Of a DNA stretch of 64,000 bases, positions 9,366-18,914 are shown one piece after another. The notes beneath the pieces are model-generated. The model worked only from the letters and a program-made list of their open reading frames with translations. It was not told where the DNA came from and did not search any database. Numbering within the stretch: position 1 is the stretch's first letter; each line of letters begins with the position of its first letter. The DNA comes from Candidatus Altiarchaeota archaeon (GTDB lineage Archaea > Altiarchaeota > Altiarchaeia > IMC4 > SCGC-AAA252-I15). The DNA is taken from NCBI GenBank assembly GCA_043800705.1, contig JAZDMS010000040.1, positions 10,378-74,377 on the forward strand. The letters run 5' to 3'. The position numbers were made by a program, and so were the translations under genes.

Positions 9366-10876
9366 TCGTCCTCGACTTCGGAGGCCAGTACTGCCACCTC
9401 ATAGCACGGAGGATAAGGGAGCTTGGAGTCTACTCCGAGGTCATGGCCTCCGACACGTCCGCAAAGGAACTCAAGGCAACGGGCGGCCTCAAGGGTGTCA
9501 TCCTCTCCGGCGGAGCCGCATCCGTCTACGACGCAGGCAGCCCGAAATACTCCCCTGACCTACTCGAAGCCGGAGTCCCGATACTCGGCATCTGCTACGG
9601 CCACCAGCTGATAGCGCACATTGCGGGCGGATCCGTCGAAGGCGGGAAGGCCGGAGAATACGGGCTCACGGAGCTCGCAGTCATGAAGGCGGAAGGCATC
9701 CTGAAGGGGGTCAACGGCCGCACGCCGGTCTGGATGAACCACCGCGACGTAGTGACCAAACTCCCGCCCGCGTACAAGGTCCTGGCCACAACCGCGAACA
9801 CGCCTGTTGCGGCGTTCGGCAACCCTAAACAGAACATTCACGGCGTCCAATTCCACCCCGAGGTGACCCACACCCGCGAGGGGATGAGCATACTCGAGAA
9901 CTTCGTCGAGATATGCGGCGCAAGCCGCGACTGGAGCATGAAGGACTTCACCGTCAACTCCGTAGAGGAGGCGAAGTCGGTCATCGGCGGAAGGAGGGCG
10001 ATCATCGGCCTGTCCGGCGGAGTCGACTCGTCGGCCGCTGCGGTCCTCCTGTCACGGGCCATCGGCGACAGGCTCACGGCGGTCTACGTCGACACCGGCC
10101 TCATGCGCTACCGAGAGACCGAGTTCATGGAAGAGACCTTCTCGGGCAGGGAGATGGACTTCAGGATCGTCAGGGCCGCCGACAGGTTCTTCGCGGCATT
10201 GAAGGGCGTCACCGACCCCGAGCAGAAGAGGAAGATTATCGGGGGCCTGTTCGTAGACATATTCGAGGAGGAAGCCGTGAAAGTCGGCGCCGAAGTCCTC
10301 GTCCAAGGCACGATATACTCGGACCGGATAGAGTCCGGGGTCACCAAGCACTCGGACAACATCAAAAGCCACCACAACGTCGGCGGACTCAAGGAGAAGA
10401 TGAAGCTGGAAGTCTACGAGCCGCTCCGGGACCTGTACAAGGACGAGGTCCGCGAGATCGCAAGGCAGCTGAAGCTCCCGGAGAAGATAATCACAAGGCA
10501 CGTGTTCCCCGGCCCCGGCCTCGCCATAAGGATCATCGGAGAAGTCAACCCGAAGACGGCGGACATATGCAGGAAGGCGGGCAACATCGTCGAGGAGGAG
10601 CTGAAGAAGGCGGGAATCTACGAAAAATACTGGATGGGGTTCGCGGTCCTTCTGCCGATAAAGAGCGTCGGCATCCAGGGCGACTGCCGAAGCTACAAGC
10701 ACCCCGTCGTCGTGCGCATAATCGAGTCGAAGGACGCCATGACCGCCAACTTCAGCAAGGTCCCCTACGAGGTGTTGGAGTCCATATCGACGAGGATAAC
10801 GAACGAGATAGCCGACATCAACAGGGTCGTCTACGACATAACCAACAAGCCCCCAGCGACCATGGAATGGGAGTGA
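9353..10876 (+). CDS. guaA: GMP synthase (fused glutamine amidotransferase + ATP pyrophosphatase)
   Basis: LDFGGQY, GICYG, QFHPEV, SGGVDS, IKSHHNVGG, FPGPGL and KPPATMEWE motifs. Confidence 0.97.
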   Translation: MEKIVVLDFGGQYCHLIARRIRELGVYSEVMASDTSAKELKATGGLKGVILSGGAASVYDAGSPKYSPDLLEAGVPILGICYGHQLIAHIAGGSVEGGKAGEYGLTELAVMKAEGILKGVNGRTPVWMNHRDVVTKLPPAYKVLATTANTPVAAFGNPKQNIHGVQFHPEVTHTREGMSILENFVEICGASRDWSMKDFTVNSVEEAKSVIGGRRAIIGLSGGVDSSAAAVLLSRAIGDRLTAVYVDTGLMRYRETEFMEETFSGREMDFRIVRAADRFFAALKGVTDPEQKRKIIGGLFVDIFEEEAVKVGAEVLVQGTIYSDRIESGVTKHSDNIKSHHNVGGLKEKMKLEVYEPLRDLYKDEVREIARQLKLPEKIITRHVFPGPGLAIRIIGEVNPKTADICRKAGNIVEEELKKAGIYEKYWMGFAVLLPIKSVGIQGDCRSYKHPVVVRIIESKDAMTANFSKVPYEVLESISTRITNEIADINRVVYDITNKPPATMEWE

Positions 10877-10889
10877 CGGCGGTCCAAAC

Positions 10890-11630
10890 CTACAATACGA
10901 CACTCTCTTGGCCGCTGACCCATCTGGCTATCTCCTGCGGGCTCGCATGTTCTATCTGGTGCATCCTGACGTCCGCCGCCGACTTGAGAAGCTGGAACAG
11001 GATTAGAAGCAGGGTCGGGCCTGCCATGCTCAGATAGTCCGCCGTGCTCCCCAGTCCAACGAGATACAAGCCCATGGACAGAAAGATCCCGCCGACGTAG
11101 ATAAAACCCGAGGCGATTATGGTCAGGTGCATGGGCAAAATCCTGGCGAACGGGATTGCAGCCACGACCCCTATGTTCAACCTTTTTGAGCTATCCTCCC
11201 TGACATTGTGTATGTAGGAGAATCCGTGGTTGACGAGGAATATTGCCACGGCCAGGAGCATCCACGGAATCTCCCCCGACAGGATCCGGTATCCCATATC
11301 ACTCAAGGCAAAGAGCAGGAATACGGCGTAGGCGGCATGGAAAAATCCGAATCCGATAATAAAAATGACGGTCACCCAGGCTTTCACGGCCGATGAAGGG
11401 GTCAACGGCAGGCCGTTTATCTCCACCCCTTCGGTGGAATAATCCCCGAGGCTGAGCATCCTAAGTAGGCTGAATAGCCCGATGATGAGGCTCTGGCACC
11501 AGTAAACCCACAGGACCGTCATCAGGTTCCAACCCTCCAAGACAGCCAGCAGAATCACGAACAGATTAGAGGCTGCAAGCGACACTGCCGAAGGATCAGA
11601 CCATGCACTCTTCGCCGCCGCCTCAGGCAT
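10890..11630 (-). CDS. Multi-pass membrane protein (DUF6498-like)
   Basis: LAASNL...GW..VLWVYW, FGFFH, PFARILPMHLTII pattern. Confidence 0.7.
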   Translation of the reverse strand: MPEAAAKSAWSDPSAVSLAASNLFVILLAVLEGWNLMTVLWVYWCQSLIIGLFSLLRMLSLGDYSTEGVEINGLPLTPSSAVKAWVTVIFIIGFGFFHAAYAVFLLFALSDMGYRILSGEIPWMLLAVAIFLVNHGFSYIHNVREDSSKRLNIGVVAAIPFARILPMHLTIIASGFIYVGGIFLSMGLYLVGLGSTADYLSMAGPTLLLILFQLLKSAADVRMHQIEHASPQEIARWVSGQESVVL

Positions 11631-11682
11631 AGCCTATATCTGACTGCAGTGATAATAAACCCTCAAACAAAGTAACTATGCT

Positions 11683-11778
11683 ATGAGAATCCGCGACATC
11701 GGCGGCGAATTCACGCTAATCAACCGACTCGTATACGACATAACCAATAAACCCCCCGCGACCATGGGGTGGGCGTGA
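11683..11778 (+). pseudogene. Chimeric remnant: thiL 5' end fused in frame to guaA 3' end
   Basis: MRIRDIGGEFTLIN-RLVYDITNKPPATMGWA* versus ThiL MKIKDIGGEFALIN and GuaA INRVVYDITNKPPATMEWE*. Confidence 0.85.
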
Positions 11779-11781
11779 ACG

Positions 11782-12975
11782 TCAAAGCCCGGTTATTCTG
11801 TATCTGATATTCTTTCCGGCAGTTCCGTAACCCGCTTCGAATTCCAGCCTAGCCTCTTTATCCAGGTATCTGCCGGATATAATCCCTTTATCCTGCCATT
11901 GCGTGCCATTACCCTCAGCATCGAAGGAGACCGCGTAGTCATACTCTCCCCCCTTTACCCCACCGCAGCCGGGCCCTGAAGCCATCCCGTTCAACTGGAA
12001 TACCATAGTCTTTGTGAACCTGACTACGGGCTTCTCGGCGAGATCCTGGTCCAGGAAAGTTCCCTCAGGCATCATATCCCCGTAGCCCCTACCGCCAGTA
12101 ATCCCCTGGTTCTGGGGCGGGTCCATGTCGACCCCATCCATCATCAAATTAGTTATCCTGCAATCGACTCCGTTCTTTGAGATTTTAAGGGTTGACCCGT
12201 CCAACTCCCCCTCTTCCCCCCCAAACACCAGGGTGAATACCGATTTGTCCGGCTCCGATGAGCCGAAGAAGGAAATGGGCGCGATAGCCAGCCTATCGAA
12301 ACCGTCGACCCTTACGACCTCCGTCGGATTCAGGGGGCTGAGACCCGTCACGGATGAAAAAGCGAGCAGGAAAAAGATTGATGCCCCAAACAGCATCCCC
12401 CCCGGAATCAGCCAACATAGGACAGCCTTAATAGCGCTCATCCTGCAGGTCTGACGAAGGATAAGCGTCAGCAGATAGAATGAAAAAATATGCGGGATAT
12501 AGCTTACGACGATAGCCCCCATTCCAAAGACCGGCGATATGACCCTCTCCAAAATCCCCTGGATCAACGGCTGCACAACAGCGGCGATGAGGATATAAAC
12601 CGGGAAATAAACCGACGCCATCATATAATAGAGCTCAGTGAACGTGCATCTTCCGCCAAGGATCCGTGCGACAAGATACTCCCCTCCTGCAAAAATGAAC
12701 GAGGCAATGAGGCCCATGATGGGATACCCGACCAGGCAGAAGATGAACATGAGGCCTACGATCACAAGGGGGCTCCCGGTTGCCAGCATCATGAGGGGCA
12801 GGGCAAACGCAGCAAACAATGACGCAATAAGGACGACTTCCACGCCTCTCGTCATGGATGCCCGAGGCAGCTGCCTGGAAATCAGGGCGGAGGGGTTTTT
12901 AAACAAAAGAACGGCTTTTTCGCGGAACCTCAATTCCACGCTCAAATCATTTGCAGAAACCGGCTCACCTTCCAC
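11782..12975 (-). CDS. Yip1-like membrane protein with extracellular C-terminal domain
   Basis: About 5 TM segments with ARILGG..F, followed by a soluble domain with paired Cys. Confidence 0.65.
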   Translation of the reverse strand: MEGEPVSANDLSVELRFREKAVLLFKNPSALISRQLPRASMTRGVEVVLIASLFAAFALPLMMLATGSPLVIVGLMFIFCLVGYPIMGLIASFIFAGGEYLVARILGGRCTFTELYYMMASVYFPVYILIAAVVQPLIQGILERVISPVFGMGAIVVSYIPHIFSFYLLTLILRQTCRMSAIKAVLCWLIPGGMLFGASIFFLLAFSSVTGLSPLNPTEVVRVDGFDRLAIAPISFFGSSEPDKSVFTLVFGGEEGELDGSTLKISKNGVDCRITNLMMDGVDMDPPQNQGITGGRGYGDMMPEGTFLDQDLAEKPVVRFTKTMVFQLNGMASGPGCGGVKGGEYDYAVSFDAEGNGTQWQDKGIISGRYLDKEARLEFEAGYGTAGKNIRYRITGL

Positions 12976-13040
12976 TGAATAATCTATCTGCGGGAATCCC
13001 TTAAATAATCCCTATATCATCCGATCCGTCAGAACAAGGA

Positions 13041-13072
13041 TCAGCAAAGTCCGGTACGAAGTGTTGGCGTCC
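13041..13072 (+). repeat. Diverged fragment of guaA 3' region
   Basis: 27/32 nt identical to 10752-10783; SKVRYEVLAS versus SKVPYEVLES. Confidence 0.7.
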
Positions 13073-13078
13073 CTCACA

Positions 13079-13729
13079 TTATTCCGATCGCCTGCAGTAT
13101 CCGGTCACACAATACAGGTTGCCTATCTTTTTGACTTCATGACTGGGGAAGCCGCTTTCCGCCATCAACGAATCCACGCGGCTTCTACTGTAGAAATATA
13201 CTTCACACCCTCCCAGCATCAGCCTCGTCTTTCTGATAGGTGCCCTCCAGGTCATCAGCCTGGGAAAAGATAAAACGACCACGTCCCCTGTCGCATCCCG
13301 CATCTTCTTGAGTAATGGCAGAGGCTCCTTAACGTAGTCGAATAATCCCATGCCTATGCACGCATCGAATTTCTCTGCGCCAACGTAGGCGTCTAGGCTC
13401 GAATGTATGAAACTGCATCTGTCATCAACGCCGTTTTCCCGGGCGTTTCTCCTGGAAAGCCTTACCATGTTTTCCGATATGTCCAGGCCGACCACGCGCA
13501 GGGCTCCGTGTCTTGCGGCTTCCACGCTGTACTTCCCGCTTCCGCATCCCACGTCAAGAACAGTTTTCCCCTCCAATGGCCGGATCTTTCCCATCGCATA
13601 CTCGAATCGCCCGTACATGTCTGCCCTGAAGATGCGGTCGATCAGGTTCGACAACGCCGACTTATCGTGAGAATAAATCTTCTGGAACGACTCCGACTCG
13701 CTATTCCAATATTCCCTTTGGGTTTTCAC
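13079..13729 (-). CDS. Class I SAM-dependent methyltransferase
   Basis: VLDVGCGSG, VVGLDIS and FD motifs; likely GTG start overlaps the upstream stop. Confidence 0.85.
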   Translation of the reverse strand: MKTQREYWNSESESFQKIYSHDKSALSNLIDRIFRADMYGRFEYAMGKIRPLEGKTVLDVGCGSGKYSVEAARHGALRVVGLDISENMVRLSRRNARENGVDDRCSFIHSSLDAYVGAEKFDACIGMGLFDYVKEPLPLLKKMRDATGDVVVLSFPRLMTWRAPIRKTRLMLGGCEVYFYSRSRVDSLMAESGFPSHEVKKIGNLYCVTGYCRRSE

Positions 13730-14547
13730 AGCTCTAGACCCTCCCTTATGCAAGTGAACCTGAAATCATCTAAAAGGCGCTCAAGCCGCCCGCGAGTCCC
13801 CCCGAGATTGCGGTAATGCCTGAACCTCTTGGTTAAGGGCAGTTCCACGCGAGGCTGCCCGGGATCGAGCTCCCAGGGATGTATATAAAAGACTACTGGC
13901 CGGCCATTATTATTGCAATTCCTGATACAGTACCTTGTATAGGCATACGGGAATATGCGGAAGTAGCCGCCGCCGCTGCAAGGCAGCCGCATGCCGAAAA
14001 ACTCCGCGCAGGAGAGCGGGAATTCGGTTATTCCGGCGGATATCTTGTACGGCTTAAGCGGCGCATCGGGCACGCCATAATCCGGATGGAAAGAGATAGG
14101 AAAAACTGACGAGTCATACTTGAGCCCATATTCCTCCAACACCTCCAACGCCCAAAAAGTCTCCGGTTTTAGCGTGAATGAGGGAGCCCGGTACCCCAGG
14201 ATTTTCTGTTTAACGCCGCAGTCCCTGACGCAGTCCAAGGCCTTCCCGACGTCTATCCTAAATTCTTCCTTATCCATCTGGCTCAACAGTGAATGGCCGT
14301 ATCCGTGAATCCCTATCTCATGGCCGGCCTCGTCTATCTTCCGGATCAGATCAGGTACACGCTCCGCAATCCATCCCAAAACGAAGAAAGTGGCCTTAAC
14401 CTTGTGGATTTCGAGCAGATCAAGTATCTGGTTTAACCCAATCCCGACTCTCAACTCGCATGAGTCCCAATTGCGTCTGTCGATGACCCGGCTGAGATTG
14501 CTGACGCAAAACCAATCCTCCACATCCACGGAAAAATAATTCAACAT
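13726..14547 (-). CDS. Polysaccharide deacetylase (DUF3473-type)
   Basis: SVDVEDW, ATFFVLG, HEIGIHGYGH, GYRAPSF, YDSS, GGGYFR and YIHPWE motifs. Confidence 0.9.
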   Translation of the reverse strand: MLNYFSVDVEDWFCVSNLSRVIDRRNWDSCELRVGIGLNQILDLLEIHKVKATFFVLGWIAERVPDLIRKIDEAGHEIGIHGYGHSLLSQMDKEEFRIDVGKALDCVRDCGVKQKILGYRAPSFTLKPETFWALEVLEEYGLKYDSSVFPISFHPDYGVPDAPLKPYKISAGITEFPLSCAEFFGMRLPCSGGGYFRIFPYAYTRYCIRNCNNNGRPVVFYIHPWELDPGQPRVELPLTKRFRHYRNLGGTRGRLERLLDDFRFTCIREGLEL

Positions 14548-14683
14548 ATGCCGGTATAGTATTACCCCGCAGGATAAAAAATCTCCAGCTTAAAAACCGC
14601 CCTCAAACGGGGGATTGATGCGTCGGATCCTTAGGCGACGACGCTCTTGACACATATGAAGCCAACGGAATACGATAGAACGA

Positions 14684-15280
14684 TCAGGCATCCTTCTCGA
14701 TGCCGTCGGCTATATCGCATAATACGTTGATCATCTCAGCCATCCTCTTTGGCTCGTAGATTATCCTCCGGCTCTTGAATAAAATCTCCCCCTGTTCTGT
14801 CGATACCTCATCCCTGCTGTGAATCATCAATCTTTTCAGCCTGGATTCCACCGAATCGGTAAACACTCTGGCAGCTTTTGACTTGTCGGGCGCATAAATG
14901 TTCAATTCCCCGTTTTTCCCCTCGCCTCTTTTTACGAGAAAATTGTCGCTCTCACCCTCGTATGCCGCATATACCCATGTCGCATACCTCTCGATCAATC
15001 CTTTCCTTTCGAGTCGCACCCCCGCTTGTCTCCCCCTCACCTCGAAATCCACGCATGTTCCCGGATTCCATCCATCTGGTATTTCGCACCCCAGTTCCTC
15101 TGAAAGCTCCCTCAGCACCCTCTGAAACCTTGGTTTGGTGCTGATCTCATACCACATATACGGTTGGCTGCCGCTCAGCAGTATCATGCCCCCCTTCGGG
15201 CCGATCAAACGGGCGACTAACAGCATAAAGGCTGCGAAAGCTAACAGGATAATGGACGCCAGAGAAGAACTAATCTCCAT
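14684..15280 (-). CDS. Hypothetical protein with N-terminal membrane anchor
   Basis: 198-aa ORF with hydrophobic N-terminus. Confidence 0.6.
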   Translation of the reverse strand: MEISSSLASIILLAFAAFMLLVARLIGPKGGMILLSGSQPYMWYEISTKPRFQRVLRELSEELGCEIPDGWNPGTCVDFEVRGRQAGVRLERKGLIERYATWVYAAYEGESDNFLVKRGEGKNGELNIYAPDKSKAARVFTDSVESRLKRLMIHSRDEVSTEQGEILFKSRRIIYEPKRMAEMINVLCDIADGIEKDA

Positions 15281-15319
15281 GGTGTTTTATTCATCTCAGT
15301 ACAATAAATGCAAGATAAC

Positions 15320-16264
15320 ATGAAAATCAAGGACATAGGCGGCGAGTTCGCCCTCATCAACAGGGTTGCTCGGCCTGGCGGGGCGGTCGTCGGAGTAGGC
15401 GACGACGCGGCGGTCCTGAAGTATACGAAGGAGCGGTATCAGCTTTTCACGACCGACATGCTCTGCGACGGCGATCATTTCCGCCGCGACTGGGCCAGCC
15501 CCGAACAGATAGGGATGAAGGCGATGGAGGTCAACGTCTCAGACATCGCAGCAATGGGCGGCCTCCCCACATACGCTGTCATCTCAATATCACTGACACA
15601 TGACACGTCGGTCGAGTTCATGGACCGCCTCTACAAAGGCTTGTACCACGTCGCCGACAAATACGACCTCAACATCGTCGGCGGAGACACCACGCACGCG
15701 GACATGATGGTCATAAACGTCTCAATGCTCGGAGAAGTGGAAAAGGACAGATTATGCCTGCGCTCAGACGCGAAGGTCGGCGACCTCATATGCGTCACAG
15801 GCGACCTCGGAAAAAGCGCCGCAGGCCTCGAACTTTTGAAGGGGGGAATGCGCGGCGAGCTCACAGCGTATCTGGAGCCGAAATGCAGGCTAAAGGAGGC
15901 CAGGAAAATCTCACACTATGCAAACGCGATGATAGACGTCTCCGACGGCCTGGCAAGCGAAGTCAACCACATCTGCCATATGAGCAAGGTCGGGGGCCTC
16001 GTGAGAAAGGAGGACATACCCATATCCAAATCCACTATCGAATCCGCGCATAAGGTCGGCAAAGACCCGTACGATTACGCATTGAACGGGGGGGAAGACT
16101 TCGAGCTCGTGTTCACCGTCCCTCAAGCGTACCTGGGGAAGGTGGCGCACATAGATTGCCCGGTCACTGTCGTCGGAGAGATAGTGGAGAAAAGGCAGGG
16201 TTTGACGATTGAGTCGTGCGGCAGGAAAAAGCCCCTGAAGGGAGGATACGACCACTTCAAGTAG
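15320..16264 (+). CDS. thiL: Thiamine-monophosphate kinase
   Basis: GEFALI, GDDAA, NVSDIAAMG, GGDT, DVSDGL, GGEDFEL and GYDHF motifs. Confidence 0.95.
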   Translation: MKIKDIGGEFALINRVARPGGAVVGVGDDAAVLKYTKERYQLFTTDMLCDGDHFRRDWASPEQIGMKAMEVNVSDIAAMGGLPTYAVISISLTHDTSVEFMDRLYKGLYHVADKYDLNIVGGDTTHADMMVINVSMLGEVEKDRLCLRSDAKVGDLICVTGDLGKSAAGLELLKGGMRGELTAYLEPKCRLKEARKISHYANAMIDVSDGLASEVNHICHMSKVGGLVRKEDIPISKSTIESAHKVGKDPYDYALNGGEDFELVFTVPQAYLGKVAHIDCPVTVVGEIVEKRQGLTIESCGRKKPLKGGYDHFK

Positions 16265-17900
16265 GTGTTTGGTTGAAGCGGAAAACCGCCATGGCCGGAT
16301 ATTCTCCCATTTCCACGCGCTCGTATTCGACGCTGTCCTTCATCATTTTCTCCAGTGTGGCGATGTCGACCTGATTTTTCGGAGCTAAACCGGATTCTAA
16401 CGACACGTAAGCCGGATCATACGATCTTAACAGAGCCAGTCCGCCCTCAGGTTTCCACTCCCAATTCCTCAGGATGATTTGATCGCATTTTGCGCCATTT
16501 CGGAACCGGAAAAGGGCTGAATAATACTTTGCCTCCTGAGCCCGATAATCGTATCCGAAGATCTCGACAATCCTCATAGTACCGTTCGCCTGAAGGCCGC
16601 AGGCTTTCTCCATGAATCCCATAAGCTGCTCTTTATCGCTGTCGTGCGTCTGCAGCCCATTGAGGAAGGCTGTCCCGTCAGGTTTCCCCGCCAAACTGAA
16701 AGCCCACGAATCCACAAGGAGCAACTGTAATGTTAGGAGCGCTAAGGCGGCAAGCGCGAAAGTTCTCGCATACTTGTCTGCCCGGCTTAAAATCCAACAG
16801 GAAACGACTGCGAAATATGGAAGTAGTGGGAGTAGGAATCTCGGGAACTCGTTGGTGGAAAAGGAAAAGACCAGATAAAACAGGATTATCTGAAAAATCG
16901 AGGCCATCAAATATATGTCCCACGATTTGAATCCCTTTTTCACCGTGATCCATGCGAGAGCAAAAGGGGCGAAGATGAACATTGCGATCGTGAAGCCTGT
17001 TGTCAGGTTCACCCCCGATATCCCGGCCAATATCTGGAGCTTGCTGATGACATCCGCCCTATGCCCCCATCGGGGGGATGTTGCGGAAGAAACCGCGTGG
17101 CCCCAGGCCGGGCCGATGTGTAAATAGAACCAGGCGGACGCCGACGCCGCCAAAACCAAGGCTGCGAACGCCAAGAGCGGGTTCAACTTCGCGAAGCCAA
17201 AGCCTTTCCCTCGGATTCTGGCCAACACTAGGGCCGCGGGCCCGATGCAGTAAAGGGGGGAGGACAGTTTCGAGAGGGCTCCTATGGATGCGGCTGCCAA
17301 AATGCTTGCAAGGATCGTTGCCTTGTCCATGGAGGCTGCACGGACCATAATCCTCATGAACAGGGTCACCGACAGGAGGACGAAGACGTCAGAGTAATAC
17401 TGCCCCGACATTGCGACGAATATCGGCGCGGCAGCGATAACGGCGCAGCCCGCAAGGGAGATGAGACGGTTGAAGTACATGGACTTCAGCGTTCCAAACA
17501 TGATCCCAAGGGTCAGAACCTGCACAAGGAAGACCGGCAGCCGAAGGCCGAACTCCATCGATTTCGTCAACAATCCAAGCGGGACGAAAAACTGCCCGAC
17601 CCAAATCATCAAAGGCGGCTTATATGGGGATATTTGAAAAACCAAAGACAGCCAATTTTTGGGGTTGCTTTTTAGCTCCGAATAGAGCCTCAAAGACTCT
17701 TCGGCGTAGTCGAGGCAGTCGCCACTCGGAAGTTTGGCGTCTAGGGCTATCCACACCAGACTCGGAGCCGCAAGAAGCAGGATGAAAAGGACAGCATATG
17801 TGTCCCCTCCTGCACGGAGACTTTTCAGCCGAGATTCCGGCAGCATCCAAGGTAATCTATTTTCGATGAATAATAATCGTTTTAAAAATGCCAGCCTCAT
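16257..17900 (-). CDS. Membrane glycosyltransferase (GT-C fold, ArnT/PMT-like)
   Basis: D..Y early loop, YKPPL, R-P, many TM helices, PRFLLPLLP. Confidence 0.75.
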   Translation of the reverse strand: MRLAFLKRLLFIENRLPWMLPESRLKSLRAGGDTYAVLFILLLAAPSLVWIALDAKLPSGDCLDYAEESLRLYSELKSNPKNWLSLVFQISPYKPPLMIWVGQFFVPLGLLTKSMEFGLRLPVFLVQVLTLGIMFGTLKSMYFNRLISLAGCAVIAAAPIFVAMSGQYYSDVFVLLSVTLFMRIMVRAASMDKATILASILAAASIGALSKLSSPLYCIGPAALVLARIRGKGFGFAKLNPLLAFAALVLAASASAWFYLHIGPAWGHAVSSATSPRWGHRADVISKLQILAGISGVNLTTGFTIAMFIFAPFALAWITVKKGFKSWDIYLMASIFQIILFYLVFSFSTNEFPRFLLPLLPYFAVVSCWILSRADKYARTFALAALALLTLQLLLVDSWAFSLAGKPDGTAFLNGLQTHDSDKEQLMGFMEKACGLQANGTMRIVEIFGYDYRAQEAKYYSALFRFRNGAKCDQIILRNWEWKPEGGLALLRSYDPAYVSLESGLAPKNQVDIATLEKMMKDSVEYERVEMGEYPAMAVFRFNQTPT

Positions 17901-17943
17901 GGCAATTCCACCGATTATATACTCCTTCGACAAATATCCCTTT

Positions 17944-18669
17944 ATGGTAGTGAACATCGTCGTGACCGGCAAGGTCCCTGACAATCCAACCATCATCGAA
18001 GCGTTCCCGAGCAGGGGATACGTCAGCACCATAGCAGGCAACCACCTCATCCGCCAGGAGAAGATGGAACAGATCGGCTACATAGAGTCCGACAAGCTCG
18101 ACGCCATCGCAGTCGTCCACGACGGCAAGCCCATGCACCCCATACGGATATACTCGAAGGGCGACCTGGTCGTCCTGTTCTCCGAGCTGATAATCCCCCT
18201 CAACCTCACACACGAGTTCAGCACCGAAGTCATAAACTGGTTCAAGAAGATCAAGCCGAAGAAGGCGATCCTCCTGGCAAGCATCCCCGGGGTCGAGACC
18301 AGCAAGGAGCATGAGATATTGGCCGTGTCCACCGACGGGCAGATGATCGAGAAGATCAAGGCGTTGAAGATCAAGCAGATGAACGAGGGCGTCCTCACCG
18401 GGATGAGCTCGAGCCTGATGATAAAATGCTGCTGCTTAGAAATACCAGTCACGTCTCTGATGGTGGAGACGACCTACATACCCGACGTGCTCGCGGCGGC
18501 GAGCCTCATGAAGATGCTAAGCGACATCCTCGGCCTTACCGTCAGCATAGAGGAGCTAACGAAGGCGGGCCACGACATCGAGGAGAAGTTCCGCGAAAAC
18601 CTCGAACAGATGAAGATCGGCCAGGAAAACTTCAAAGAGATGCACCAACAATTGCCAATGTACAGATAG
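17944..18669 (+). CDS. Proteasome assembly chaperone (PAC2 family)
   Basis: IIEAFPSRGYVSTIAG, PMHPIRIY, GVLTGM, PD..AA; C-terminal HbYX motif (MYR). Confidence 0.85.
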   Translation: MVVNIVVTGKVPDNPTIIEAFPSRGYVSTIAGNHLIRQEKMEQIGYIESDKLDAIAVVHDGKPMHPIRIYSKGDLVVLFSELIIPLNLTHEFSTEVINWFKKIKPKKAILLASIPGVETSKEHEILAVSTDGQMIEKIKALKIKQMNEGVLTGMSSSLMIKCCCLEIPVTSLMVETTYIPDVLAAASLMKMLSDILGLTVSIEELTKAGHDIEEKFRENLEQMKIGQENFKEMHQQLPMYR

Positions 18670-18809
18670 CGGTCTTCCGTCTATCGCCCTGGCAAACGGT
18701 CCCGTCTTGGGCCTTGTTTGCGGCATGGGCTTGTTGCGGCGTCAGCCATCCATCAGAGAGACTGAGGCCTGAGGCCGAATGTCTCTCATTCGCCGGCCTT
18801 AGAAGGCCG

Positions 18810-18857
18810 CAGGAGAACTTCAAGGAAATGCACCAGCAGCTGCCGATGTACCGCTGA
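18810..18857 (+). repeat. Synonymously diverged copy of the last 15 codons and stop of the PAC2 gene
   Basis: QENFKEMHQQLPMYR* is encoded at both 18622-18669 and 18810-18857. Confidence 0.9.
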
Positions 18858-18914
18858 CCCCATGAACCGGCCGGGGCGCTGTCTTTATTTTCCTGTCCTC
18901 GTCGAATATGTATT

